A stretch of DNA of 63,906 nucleotides, filler included, from Octopus bimaculoides (GCF_001194135.2; 7 parts of 7 records of this genome joined end to end with filler, not necessarily neighbours in it), one strand, 5' to 3'. Shown: positions 12,048 through 25,580, numbered from the whole stretch's first letter. Program-made: numbers and translations. The notes: generated from the letters alone by a model not told the origin.

Positions 12048-13414
12048 GGATAATCAGGTTTGACAGTACGAAATGAGATTAAATAATAATTCAAGAAGGG
12101 AGAGAGAGGGGACCAAGAATAAATTATCAAATGATNNNNNNNNNNNNNNNNNNNNNNNNNNNNNNNNNNNNNNNNNNNNNNNNNNNNNNNNNNNNNNNNN
12201 NNNNNNNNNNNNNNNNNNNNNNNNNNNNNNNNNNNNNNNNNNNNNNNNNNNNNNNNNNNNNNNNNNNNNNNNNNNNNNNNNNNNNNNNNNNNNNNNNNNN
12301 NNNNNNNNNNNNNNNNNNNNNNNNNNNNNNNNNNNNNNNNNNNNNNNNNNNNNNNNNNNNNNNNNNNNNNNNNNNNNNNNNNNNNNNNNNNNNNNNNNNN
12401 NNNNNNNNNNNNNNNNNNNNNNNNNNNNNNNNNNNNNNNNNNNNNNNNNNNNNNNNNNNNNNNNNNNNNNNNNNNNNNNNNNNNNNNNNNNNNNNNNNNN
12501 NNNNNNNNNNNNNNNNNNNNNNNNNNNNNNNNNNNNNNNNNNNNNNNNNNNNNNNNNNNNNNNNNNNTATATATATTTCAAGACGCAGATCAGAATCCAT
12601 CCAGATAGTATACACACAGTTGACTATAATGGAAAGGAGGAGGAATTTATCAACACTAGGAATGGTTATCATTAGATTTGTGTATATATAAACTACTAAA
12701 GACATGAAAGGCATGACAAAAAAATACGTTACATGCATAAAATAACATCGATTGCAAATTATATATATATATATATATAATTATATATGCATATATATAC
12801 GCGCACATACTCCATTCTTATATATATATATGTGTGTGTTCTGAGTTCTCTTTTTTCCTGTTCGTAACACCAAGCATACAATGGACACACACACACACAC
12901 ACATAAATGAAACTGACGAACTAATACGTTTTGTAGGATATTTATTATAGTTTTTACAAGAACAGAGGTGACAGTAACTTCGAAGTTTCGACCTGCATAG
13001 CCACCCCCACTTCGTGTTTTCATATTTTCAAAACGATTGTATCATGCTAAATATTTCTCAGAAATAATTATCTCTTGTAAATGTATAAAAAGACTGAAAG
13101 ATTTGAAGAAGCATTGAATTAAACACACACACACGCAATGACACACATATACACATGAATGTATGTTTAATCATCTGATGACAACACATATTTTAAATAC
13201 ACCCGGCTAGCCTAATTTTTTTTCACCACCGACACACTGCCTAGTTGTCATTATACATACACGCATATACACACACGTATAATACGTGTTTATATATATA
13301 TATATATATAAATAAAACAATCTTAGCAGTTATAATAAATAATATATTATTAAAAAATACAATTAATAACTAAATATTAATGGCTACAATGAAATAACAC
13401 GAGAGAAAGTGCAA

Positions 13415-13464
<50 letters not shown>

Positions 13465-13784
13465 TACACACACACACACATGTATACATGTTGGTTTGAG
13501 CATTGAAAGAATGAGGGTGTACTCGTTATGTAGGGTAAGCGGTTTATATACATACATAGGTACATATGTGTGTGTGTGTACATACAAATGATGTGTATAT
13601 ACACATATACACTGCTGGAGTGCACAAGCAAGAGAAAGAGAACGCAATACATGTAGAATTTGTATACACTTGTGAAAAGCGAATGATTCACTCTGTCGCT
13701 AATTCATGAAGCATACATAATACATGAAATAGATACACATGCATACATACATGAAACACACAGATACATGAATATTTATATGAA

Positions 13785-13825
<41 letters not shown>

Positions 13826-14309
13826 ATACTGATATGAAACAGACAGGCGCGCACAAATAAAGCATTTCTTTGAAACCAAACAGAGAAGCAGCTTAACCCG
13901 AGATATTTTCTCCCCCCAAAAAAACTGTTCCAAAGAGTGAAATATAAGACATACAACACGAGGAACTAATTAATTTGTCGTCATCAATTTGTCATCATGC
14001 TCAGTGGCGGTCATTAATTAGACTTGAGACTAATTCGAAATATCACACACACACACAATGTCGGTTTCTGTCTGTCCCTATCTCTACTTTCAAGGGTTTC
14101 CTCGAGTGCTGTGAAACAAGGGTGTGTGTAGTCAAATGGATAAACCCACCCACTTTTAAACCCACGTCTATTACTGGTACTAGTATTAGTGTTACTAAAG
14201 CAGAAGAGGGGTAGAAGGACAAGGATGGCTAGTTGGAAGACAAACTTGACCATTAATGGAATTTGAATCCCTGAGGGAATGTGCTAACAAGGATAATATT
14301 AATTAGTAA

Positions 14310-14960
14310 TGCAAGACAGTGAGTTGGTAGAAGCATTAACGTGCCAGACAGCATTTCTTCCATTGTGAGTTCAAATCCCACTGAGGACAACTTTGCCTTT
14401 TATCCTTTCAGGGTTACACTAGGATTAATGTAATCAACTTCCCCACTCCCCTCAAGATTGCCAGCCCTGTGTCAAAATTAGAAAGAATATTAATTAGTAA
14501 TGCATCTGATTTTTATTCTGGTGGATTAGCAGAAGCATTGAAGTGGAGGGCAGCAGGGCCTCTTTATGTTCTGAGTTCAAATCTTGTTGAGATCAGCACT
14601 TTTTGACCTTTCCTCTTTTTGGAGGGAGATCAATACAATAAAATACCAGTTATGTACCAAGATCTATATCAGCAATTGCTCATGTTTAACAAAATAGTTT
14701 CAGGCCACATACTTAAGCAAGAAGTGATTATTATAAAATATCTTGCTATAGGTTACACCCTGAGCAGATACATGGTCAAAAGCACTATAGCTGTGACCAA
14801 CCCACATTTTTGGCATGTCCCAGTCTACATTATACACTGAGGTCACATTAGAGTGTTGAGTAAAAAAAAAAATGCCTTGCAGCATTTCTTGCAGCTCTTT
14901 GTGTTGTGAGTTCAAATCTCAAGGTTAATGTTGTCCTTTTATCCTTCTGGGTAGGGAAGA
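14310..14960 (+). mobile_element. Three degenerate SINE family B copies
   Basis: Repeated GAGTTCAAATC..CTTTGCCTTT(T/C)ATCCTT motifs. Confidence 0.65.
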
Positions 14961-14964
14961 TATC

Positions 14965-15260
14965 ATCATCATCATCATCGTTTAACATCCGCTTTCCCTG
15001 CTAGCATGGGTTGGACGATTTGACTGAGGACTGGTGAAACCGGATGGCTACACCAGGCTCCAATCTGATTTGGCAGAGTTTCTACAGCTGGATGCCCTTC
15101 CTAACGCCAACCAATCGGAGAGTGTAGTGGGTGCTTTTACGTGCCACCCGCATGAAGGCCAGTCAGGCGGTACTGGCAATGGCCACGCTCAAAATGGTGT
15201 ATTTTATGTGCCACCCGCACAAGAGCCAGTCCAGGGCCACTGGCAACGATCTCGCTCGAA
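14965..15260 (-). mobile_element. SINE/non-autonomous retroposon family C with (ATG)n tail
   Basis: Reverse complement of 6400-6716; (CAT)n tail on + strand. A short tail-only copy lies at 17565-17615. Confidence 0.85.
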
Positions 15261-15789
15261 AATCCAAAATAAAATCAATTCAAGTACTGGGGAGTCAATA
15301 TAATGAGTTGTTCCCTTCTCACCAAATTTCTAACCCTGTGCATCTAAGCAAATAGAATTGGTAGAGATTTGGGGAAAATCTAATGTTTAATAGCATTCTT
15401 CCTGGTTCTTTACATTTGAAGCACAGATCTCAATGAAGCCAATACCACTTTTGATTCCTTCTGGGGATGAAAAAATAAAGTACCAGTCCCATATTTGAGT
15501 CAATGATATCGATTAAACCCCTGTCCCCAGAATAGCTAGCCTTCTACCTAAAACAACAGTATGTGATTTGAAGGAGATTTGGCCATTATTTTGAGTGATG
15601 ACCACCTTGAGACACCTTTGTTGGCCTCTATCAGTGCAGTGCATGTATGGTGGGGGAAAATCATCCCAGAATACTTGACATGGCAGGTCATGAACCAAGG
15701 GTTAAACTCACCATGTTCTGTTCTATTCTCTACAACAATTGTGAAGGATTTATTCCAAAATACAAATCACTTTTGACAATATCAGGCAA

Positions 15790-16920
15790 CAATAATAATC
15801 CTTTCTACTATAGGCACGAGGCCAGAAATTTGGTACAAGGGACTATTCAATTACATCGACCCAGTACTTAACTAGTACTTAAATTTTATTGACCATAAAA
15901 GGATGAAAGACAAAATCAACCACGGTGGCATTTGAACTCAGGATGTAAAGCCATAAGAAATGTCATTGAGTATTTGATCTGGTGCAGTAATGATCTTACG
16001 AGATCACCACCTTAAATAATAATAATAATAATAATGGTTTTAAATTTTGGAACGGGGGGAGGGGACAGATCAATTACATTGACACCAATGCTCAACTGGT
16101 ACTTAGTTTATCGACCCTGGAAGGATGAAAAGCTAAGTCGACCTCAACGGGATTTGAACTCCGAACATAGCAACGGGCGAAATACCACTATGCATTCTGC
16201 CAGGCATGCTAATGATCCTGCCAGCTCGTCGCCTTTCACCACCTTAACCCTTTAGTGTTTAAACCGGCCATATCAGGCCAAAATTGTCTTCCTGTTTTAT
16301 GCTCAAACCAGCCAGCCAGCTCTGACCTCTCACACCTACCCTACAAAGTCATTTTAAAAATAAACAGGGACATCATCAAAATCTCAGTTACAAGATGCTG
16401 TACAATTAATTTAAAATGATGTAATTAAGCAGGCTTTACATTTGACAGAGTAATTTGAATGCTAAAGGGTTAATAATAATAATGGTTTTCAATTTTGGAA
16501 CAAGACCAGCAAGTTCAGGGAAGGAGACAAAGTGATTGCATTGACACCAGTGCACAGCTGGTACTTATTTTAACGACCCCAAAAGGATGAATGGCAAAGA
16601 TGACCTCGGTGGCATTAGAACCCAAACCATAAAGACAGATGAAATGCCATTAAGCATTTTGTCCGGTGCAGTAACAATTCTGCCAGGTAACCACCTTAAA
16701 TAATAATAATGTATTAATTAGACTGGTACAATCATTTATGAATGAGACAAAATGCTTAGCAGCATTTCTTTTGGCTTGTTATGTTCTCAGTTGAAATTCT
16801 ACAGAGGCCAAATTTGCCTTCCATATTTTCAATAAAACAAATACCAGTTGAACACTGGGGGTTAATATAATCAACTAGCCCCTCCCAACAAAATTTCAGG
16901 CCCTGTGCCTATAAGTAGAA
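15790..16920. mobile_element. Cluster of SINE family B copies (three on -, one on +)
   Basis: AAGGATGAAAG..GAACTC motifs at about 15790-16015, 16030-16238, 16480-16700; + copy about 16750-16920. Confidence 0.75.
16248..16469. mobile_element. piggyBac-type MITE
   Basis: TTAA|CCCTTTAGTGTTTAAA ... TTTGAATGCTAAAGGG|TTAA: TTAA target duplication and CCC-initiated TIRs. Confidence 0.85.
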
Positions 16921-17615
16921 AGAAATTACTGTCATTATCATTTTAATAATCTATTTGCCACAAGGGTAACTAACAGAAGAGGGAGGGACACACAAAAAGT
17001 TGCTGCAAATGGCGAACACAAAATCCAGCCAGCGTCAATTTTCATAATGATATCATTTTATTTCATAATGATATCACAGATGTCTAGAAAATCTCCAAGA
17101 AAGAAGAGGCAGCAATAAGGACACGCACATACACATGCACTCAGCATTAACACTACTAAGACATCATATCATATTGAAACATGTCATTAGCCAAACCATC
17201 AAACGTATCATAAACAGAGATATCGGAGCAAAATCCAGGAAGGAAGGAAGGAAGGAAGGAAGGCTTGGTTTCGTTATTGTTAATAATATTGATACCGTTT
17301 TCTTTTTGTATATTTACCACAAGGGTATCAGACGAGGGAAGGGGACATTACAAGGACAGTTTACAATTTGTGAGGGGAGGGGGTACGTAATGGATGAGGA
17401 AAACGAAAGAAGGGCGAAATGAGACAACGATGACAGAAAGGTGTGTGTGTGGGGAGGGGCGATCGTATTTGCCACAAGGACAAGAATCTATAAGGTGACA
17501 GGAGAAGACAGTTAAAAGGAAATCAAGTGGGGTCGTGAGAAGGGAGTTTACACCTGATTAATCATCATCATCATCGTTTAACGTCCGCTTTCCATGCTAG
17601 CATGGGTTGGACGAG

Positions 17616-17654
<39 letters not shown>

Positions 17655-17656
<2 letters not shown>

Positions 17657-17800
17657 CCTTTCTACTGTAGGCAGAAAGCCTGAAATTTGGTGGGAGGGGG
17701 GCTAGTCGATTACATCGACCCCCAAACAGATGAAAGGCAAAATTGACCTCGGCGGAATTTGAACTCAGAACATAAAGACGGACGAAATACCGCTAGGCAT
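17655..17800 (-). mobile_element. SINE family B, internally deleted, between (AAT)n tracts
   Basis: GATGAAAGGCAAAATTGACCTCGGCGGAATTTGAACTCAGAAC is the reverse complement of the family B head/core. Confidence 0.8.
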
Positions 17801-17822
17801 TTTATCAATCATAATAATAATG

Positions 17823-17866
<44 letters not shown>

Positions 17867-19024
17867 CGTTTTATTTGCCACGGGGTAACGGATGACAGGA
17901 TGCCATCATCAATCAATTATGACCACGATCGCTTCGGAATCAAATACCGACAATAATAATTGATATTGTTAACAACGGGGTAATTAATGACGATGGATTC
18001 TTAATTAGCCACAAGGGCAAAAGAGAGAGCAAGGCGTAGATGTGCTGAAACATCACCAAAAAAATATCACAAGGCAAGAAATTTGAAAAATTCTTCTGAG
18101 AAAAAAATAATAACTCATGGAGACAGAACGAAACGACTGGCTGGCTGGTTTATTGGTTGGTGTGTGGGTTGAGTTAATTAGTAATAATAATAATAATAAT
18201 AATAATACTAGTAGTAATAATAATAATACTGAGAGTTGTTATATTAATTGAAGATAATGAGAGATTCTGAAATTATCCAGAAGAGCAAACAAAAACAAAC
18301 AACACACTTCGTTTAGAAGAAATGTGTGTGTGTATGTGTAATTATGTGTGTGTGTATGTGTAATTATGTGTGTGTGAATGTGTCTTGCAAAACCTGACAA
18401 ATTCAGCAGGAAATGAGAGAAAAGGAAGGCGGGTTTCGGGTTTGGTTTGTGTCGTGAGTGTGTGTGTATATCAAATATATAATACATATACGTTTATATA
18501 TCTGTGTATGTACACAGGCACTATACATACAACCATATGTACAGAAACATCCATCACGTATGTCCATGCATACACATCAAACACATATATATATACCCAT
18601 ATACATCCATCACACAAATACACATATTAAATTCAGTATACATCCATCTATTCACATACTGCTCGCAAACAGCCTTTGCATATATATANNNNNNNNNNAC
18701 ATATATATATATATACGTACACATATGAACATACATCATACATGTATATACATACACCATACATACATAAATATACATACATTATATTTGTGTAAAGCCA
18801 CCACAATATACACATTATCACATCACATACAACATATCACCATAAATAAATATACACACAATATATATATATATCTACATATTTATGCATACATCTTATG
18901 CATATATGCATCCATATATCACATTTATATAGACATTAAATACACTTAAAGGCATGTTGTAACATAGACACCATATATATATATATACACGCACACATAC
19001 ATCTATATATCTAAATATATACTC

Positions 19025-19200
19025 ACAATCAAGATGCTTCTTTTTTGGTCCCATGATTTCCTCTGTGGTCGCTTTACACACAGATTTGGCCAGCCCTTGA
19101 CCAGCGATGCTGTGTCTGGCCGCATTAACGCGGTCCATAATACTCTGACCTGACATGTTGATGTGATGGTCTTGATGCCACTGCAGGTGCTCTTTTTCAC
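19025..19200 (-). mobile_element. Degenerate RTE-like LINE fragment (EN-RT linker)
   Basis: [21 protein letters not shown] resembles the ..LGxxxRKHQDWFD linker of RTE ORFs; frameshifted. Confidence 0.4.
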
Positions 19201-19501
19201 AGTATGATTTCGCTTTCAGAGGGCGTTTAGGAGGGGAGCTAGTCTTTAATTAGATGTATGTTTCCTAGAGGGTAGGTTAATATTAATAATACTAATAATA
19301 ATAATAATGTTGTTATTATTATTAATATTATCAATATTATATTATTTTATTGTAGATGATCTTGTCGCTGTTATATATTTTCCATTCGATGGTGGGTTTT
19401 GGTAGCAATATAGTTTTTTTCGGGAAGAAAATAGATAAAATACATTGAAAATGATGTGAGTTTGACCACCACCACAAAGTTGAACAAATGTATATATGTG
19501 T

Positions 19502-19552
<51 letters not shown>

Positions 19553-20038
19553 AGATGGGGGTACAGACAGGAAATAAAGGAATAGACACAGAGATGCTAG
19601 GAGAAATAACGAAGGGTAGGGGAAAGAATGTGGGATGTGGATTGGAACCTTAAATTTAAATGGTCAGTCCAAAGCCTGGGATGTCTGAGGTGGGTGGTGT
19701 TTGTCCACCTTGGCAAATAAATGTAGAAGGAAACCAGAACATAGAAATCGGTCTTGTTTCTTTGATTGCAGTGGCAGCACAGCTGAAGATCTGATGATGT
19801 TTCTTGTTATTGTGGATATATATGAAACGTATGTGTGTATATATATATATGTATATATATATATGAAGAGAGAGAGAGAGATGTAGATAGATATGTATAG
19901 ATACAAGTGTATGTATGTAGATAAATATATAGATAGATATGAGTATGTATTTACAGACGAAAGTATGTGTGCCTATATATATATATAATTATATATATAT
20001 ATATTTACGTGATTGCTTGTGTGTGTATATATATTTAC

Positions 20039-20078
<40 letters not shown>

Positions 20079-20243
20079 GTATGGATGTTTGTATATCTAT
20101 GTGTATATGTGTGTGTGGTAGTGTGTACGGGGGGGAAATCTTGGGAGGGGTTGCAGCAAATAGTTCTTTCTTGTTTAAGCCAGTGTAATTCAAATGTGTA
20201 CATATAATATATATATTATATATATTATTATTATAGACAGAAG

Positions 20244-20351
20244 TCAGTGCTTCGTCTTCGTGTCTCAAGCTGACAACAACTACACACATTCGCTCCAAGA
20301 TGGCGAGAAAGCTGGAGTAAACAGCAGCAGCAGCTGGACTAACCGGTAAAG
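20244..20351 (+). promoter_or_regulatory. Putative TSS / first non-coding exon
   Basis: Inr-like TCAGT (20244-48), YY1-type CCAAGATGGCG (20295-305), 6-codon uORF MARKLE*, donor CCG|GTAAAG at 20345/46. Confidence 0.45.
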
Positions 20352-20910
20352 GAGAGAGAGACAGAGAGAGAGAAACAGAGAGAGTGGGAGAGAAAACCCG
20401 GGTAGAGAGAGGGAGGAGTGAAAGGAAAAGAAATACAGGGAGGGGGAGCGAGAAGAAAAGCGACAATAGTGAAAGAGTGAGAGTGAGAGAGAGAGAGAGA
20501 GAGCGCGAGAGATTGAAATCTAGAACGAGGGAGAAGGAGGGAAAGAAATTAGAGAGAGAGAAAGCGAGAGAAAAAAACGAATGATAGGGGAAAAGAGAAT
20601 AGAGAAAGAAAGGGAAAGCGAGAGGAAGAGAATAGAGAGAGAGGGAAGGAAGAAAAAACGTGAATGAGTGAGTAAGAGCGAAAGAAAGACAAGGAGTAAG
20701 AGGGCGTGTGAGAAAGGTGAAAGATATGTAGTGTTAGTGAGAGAAGGATAATGAGGAGGAGTAAGAGAGATAGAGTAAGATGATTGGAGGAGGAGGAGGA
20801 AGAGGTGAAGAAAAAAAGCTAGGGTGACAGGAGTAGGAGTACGAACTGCAGAAACTGTAACAGCAGCAGGGATCGTGGGAGAGAAGGAGGAGGAGGAGTA
20901 AGAGGAGAAG
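20352..20910. repeat. ~560-bp polypurine (GA-rich) tract
   Basis: Direct reading. Confidence 0.9.
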
Positions 20911-20919
20911 GAGGATTTG

Positions 20920-21000
20920 AGTCACGTGAATCGCTCGCTGACGACACTGGCGCGCCGCCACAGAGCATGCGTAGAAAGGGACACCGAAAATTTAACCCGC
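20920..21000. promoter_or_regulatory. CpG-rich motif cluster
   Basis: GTCACGTGA E-box, GGCGCGCCGCC and GCATGCG within 80 bp of an otherwise CpG-poor window. Confidence 0.35.
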
Positions 21001-21097
21001 AAAAAAAAACAAAAATTTTTTTTAAAAAAAGAAATAAAAGATGAGTTGACAAAGAAGGAGACCCGCCTTCTTTTCTTATACATACATATTTATATTC

Positions 21098-21137
<40 letters not shown>

Positions 21138-21300
21138 ATGTGTACACATGCTTGTATGTATATAGAAGCATGTGTAAGCATGTGCATTCTTATGTGTGTA
21201 TACAAATATATTTATATGTATGAGAGCATACGTGCATGTACATATATGTATACATACATGCGTATTTTAAATATACACACGTTATATACACTCACACATG

Positions 21301-21334
<34 letters not shown>

Positions 21335-21351
21335 TATAATTTGTCTTTCAC

Positions 21352-23130
21352 TTTTTACATGTTTCAGTCATTTGACGGCGGCCATGCTGGGGCACTGCCT
21401 TGAATTTTCCGAATGAACCGACACAAGTACATTTTTAATCTGGTAGTTATTCTGTCGGTCATTTTTGCCGAACCGCTAGGTTATGGGGACATAAACACAC
21501 CAAAGCTGGTTGTCAAGCGATGGCGGAGGACACACACACACATATATATAGATACAAATTTATGATGGGCTTCTTTCAGTTTCCGTCTACCAAATCCACT
21601 CACAAGGCTTTGGTCAGCCCGAGGCTACAGAAAAAGACACTTGCCCAAGGTGCCACGCAGTGGGACTGAACCCGGAACCATGTGATTAGGTTCTTACTAC
21701 ACAGCGACACACATATATATTCTTTCACTTGTTTCAGTCATTTGACTGCGGCCATGGTGGAGCACCGCCTTCAATCGAACAAATTGACCCCAGGACTTAT
21801 TCTTTGGAAGCCTAGTACTTATTCTATTGGTCTCTTTTGCCAAACCTCTCATTTCCGGGAACGCAAACACACCAACATCGGTTGTCAAGCGATGGTGGGG
21901 GGACAAACACAGACGAATACATACACATCTGCATACATACATACATATCTATACATACATACATATATATATACAAAAATAAGACGAATGACCAGAGGAA
22001 TGACCACTAGTTTTAATTGATTAATATCAATTTCTACCCTTACTCTTTTACTCTTTTACTTGTTTCAGTCCTTTGTACTGTGGCCATGCTGGAGCACCGC
22101 CTTTAGTCGAGCAAATCGACCCCAGGACTTATTCTTTGGAAGCCTAGTACTTATTCTTTCGGTCTCTTTTTGCCGAACCGCTAAGTTACGGGGACATAAA
22201 CACACCAGCATCGGTTGTCAAGCGATGTTGGGGGGACAAACACAGACATACAAACACATACACACATACATATATATATATACATATATACGACAGGCTT
22301 CTTTCAGTTTCCGTCTACCAAATCCACTCACAAGGCATTGGTCGGCCCGAGGCTATAGTAGAAGGCACTTGCCCAAGATGCCACGCAGTGGGACTGAACC
22401 CGGGACCATGTGGTTTGTAAGCAAGCTACTTACCACACATATATATATATATATATATACGACGTGCTTCTTTCAGTTTCCATCTACCAAATCCACTCAC
22501 AAGGCTTTGGTGGGCCCGAGGCTATAGTAGAAGACACTTGCCCAAGGTGCCACGCAGTGGGACTGAACCCAGAACCATGTGGTTGAGAAGCAAGTGTCTT
22601 ACCACACAGCCACTCCTGCGCCTTTGCCACACATCAACCCCTGTGCCCACATACATACATACATACATATATACATACATTCATACATACATACATGCAT
22701 ACATATATATATATATATATACATACATACATACATACATACATACATACATACATACAAGCACAGGCATGGCTGTGTGGTAAGAAGTTCTCTTCCCAAC
22801 CACATGGTTCCGGGTTCGGTCCCACTGTGTGGCACTCCAGCACAAGTGTATTCTGTTATAGCCCCAGCCCAACCCAGCCAAAGCCTTGTGAGTGGATTTG
22901 GTTAACAGAAACTGAACGTATGTATCTGTATGTCTGTTTGTACTCCACAACCACTTGACAACCAGTCTTAGTTTGTTCACGTCCCCATGTTTTAGCAGTT
23001 TGGCAAAAGAGATTGATAGAATAAAATGCCATGCTTATAAAATAAGCACTGGTGTCGAATTTGTCCCACTAAACACTTGAAGGTGCTGTAGCATGGCCGC
23101 CATCCAAAGATTGCATCTGGTGAAAGATAA
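21352..23130. mobile_element. Pile-up of at least five SINE family A copies
   Basis: Minus copies about 21352-21700, 21720-21912, 22041-22438, 22460-22622; plus copy about 22760-23130. Confidence 0.9.
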
Positions 23131-23511
23131 AAGATGGTTGTGTGTTTGTGTATGTGTGTGTGAAATAATTCTTTTGGAGAATATATCGAATCACACATGT
23201 ATAAGTTATAAGTAATATCATGTAAATATTAAGTTGAAAAACCATTTGGGGTTGATAAAGTCAATGGGTGACCTTGGGACCCGAAGGATTGCTTTGGCCC
23301 AATGGTAAAACACCCATCCCATCATGACTACAGAAGATGCAAGTTCATTTTCCAAGAGTAGCCTTTTGATTGTTTCTATCCAAAATAGGTGTTCAACCTT
23401 ATATTTTGCATGTTATTATCTATAGCTTTAAGTGTAGGATTTGATATATATTATTCCACAAAAAAAAAAATTATAATTCCTATTCTCTCTAAAGTTTATA
23501 AAATCTCATGA

Positions 23512-23550
<39 letters not shown>

Positions 23551-23552
<2 letters not shown>

Positions 23553-24946
23553 GAGGTTGGACAAAATAATGGAAACACTTTAAAATTTCAAGCAAATTTA
23601 TTTTAATATGNNNNNNNNNNNNNNNNNNNNNNNNNNNNNNNNNNNNNNNNNNNNNNNNNNNNNNNNNNNNNNNNNNNNNNNNNNNNNNNNNNNNNNNNNN
23701 NNNNNNNNNNNNNNNNNNNNNNNNNNNNNNNNNNNNNNNNNNNNNNNNNNNNNNNNNNNNNNNNNNNNNNNNNNNNNNNNNNNNNNNNNNNNNNNNNNNN
23801 NTTGAATTGTTTCCAAAGGAATTTTTGTCCATTCTTCAGCTAAAACAGTCTCCAGTTCTTGTAGTAATGATGGTGGAGGATATCGACTCCTTACTTGTTT
23901 TTTTCTAAAATGCAACCATAAATGTTCCATAATATTGAGATCTGGGGACTGTGGTGGCCAGATAAGATGTTCAACTTCACTAGAATGTTCCTCGTGCCAT
24001 CCAGTAACAACTTTAGCTGTGTAAATTGGTGCATTATCATCCTGAAAGATTGTGTTTCCCTCCAGAAACAGTTCCACAACCATAGGATGAATTTGATGAG
24101 ATAAAATGCTAAAATAATCTTGACTATTAATTCTGTCATGAAGGGAAACCATTGGGCCGGTGAATTTCCAAGATATAGCCCCCACCTCCAGATCAAAACA
24201 GATCCTCCTCCATGTTTAACAGTAGGAAGAAGGTAGTCTGGGTCAAATGCTTCTTTTGGCTATCTACACACATATACTCGGCCGGTGGTAAAGGATGACT
24301 TGTCCAAGAAAATAACATTCTTCTACTGCTCCAGGGACCAATTCTGTAGGATTTTACTCCAACTCTAAATGCTTTGCAACGTTTGTTCTAGAAAATAGTG
24401 GTTTTCTGATTGCAGCCCTCCCACAAAATCTAGCTTTGTGCAGCTCCCAGTGAACAGTTTTTGTGGAAACTGGGTTCTCGAGATGGTCATTAAGCTCTGC
24501 AGTAATTTTGGGAGTTGTACTTTTGTGATCCTTTCTAACAATTCACGTAAGAATCCAACGGTCCCTATCTGAAAGTTTTGGTTTTCTTCCAGAGTCTTGT
24601 TTCGATGAAGAGGTTTTACCCTCTTTCTCAAAGGCTGACATTACTTTCGAGACAGTACTTCTCGATACACCAAACATTTTGGCTGTTTTCGTTACGCTAG
24701 TGCCTGCCATACAAGCACCAATAATTTGACTTCTTTGAAAGTCCGATAGTTCTGTCATTTCAATGAATTTTAATTACCTTTTTCTGATGATATCTGAAAA
24801 GAAACTTTACAATTTTAGCAAAACATAAGTAACACAAATAATAAATCAAAAAACATAAAAATAAACCAGCTTTTGACAGTTTCATAGATATTTCAAAATT
24901 ATGATGCTATGAGGCTAGATGTCTCCATTATTTTGTCCAACCCCTG
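23551..24946 (-). mobile_element. Tc1/mariner transposon, degenerate transposase, DD36E spacing
   Basis: TIRs CAGAGGTTGGACAAAATAATGGAAACA / TGTCTCCATTATTTTGTCCAACCCCTG|TA; HTH MTELSDFQRSQIIG..; VIFLDKSSF, FQDDNAP and WPPQSPDLNIMEHLW motifs; frameshifts and stops. Confidence 0.92.
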
Positions 24947-25117
24947 TATATATACACATATATAAAGAGTTATTTTGTGTGGGATTATCAATCCTGACAC
25001 ACAAAAGTAGCATTAATTTTTTAGGTCGTGAGTAGTCAGTCCAATATTCATTTCAGTCAGAGGAACCAGCTTCGCATGCTAGAAATAACAGCCATATCTC
25101 ACAAAACTGCGATAACA

Positions 25118-25335
25118 TACTCTTTTCTTTTACTCTTTTACTTGTTTCAGTCTTTTGACTGTGGCCATGCTGGAGCACCGCCTTTAGTCGAGCAAATCGA
25201 CCCCAGGACTTATTCTTTGGAAACCTAGTACTTATTCTATCGGTCTTTTTTGCCGAACCGCTAAGTTACGGGGACATAAACACACCAGCATCGGCTGTCA
25301 AGCGATGTTGGGGGGAAAAACACAGACACACATAC
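25118..25335 (-). mobile_element. SINE family A, young 3' half
   Basis: Near-identical to the corresponding part of 22041-22438. Confidence 0.9.
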
Positions 25336-25535
25336 ATAGACATACATATATATATATATATATATATANNNNNNNNNNNNNNNNNNNNNNNNNNNNNNNN
25401 NNNNNNNNNNNNTTAATTAATTAANNNNNNNNNNNNNNNNNNNNNNNNNNNNNNNNNNNNNNNNNNNNCTATATGAAGTATTAACAGTAACTGCACGTTG
25501 CCAGATTTGTCTCTCTCACCAAGGTCGTTAGCTGT

Positions 25536-25580
25536 CGAACGCCGACGAAGGGAAATAACCCTGAAATCCGGATACGTTCG
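25536..25580 (+). ncRNA. Minimal type I hammerhead ribozyme motif (PLE-type, palindromic stem III), U4C core change
   Basis: CGAACG-CCGACGA-AGGG(AAATAA)CCCT-GAAA-TCCGGA-TA-CGTTCG; 6-bp stem I, 4-bp stem II, ATCCGGAT palindrome. Confidence 0.8.

Noticed and set aside
12975-13030. Minus-strand GAAACTTCGAAGTT with palindromic stem-III-like sequence
   Set aside because: No CUGANGA and no stem I partner; at best a heavily decayed hammerhead.
24780-24812. CTGATGA..GAAA inside the Tc1 5' region
   Set aside because: No stems I or II; chance match.
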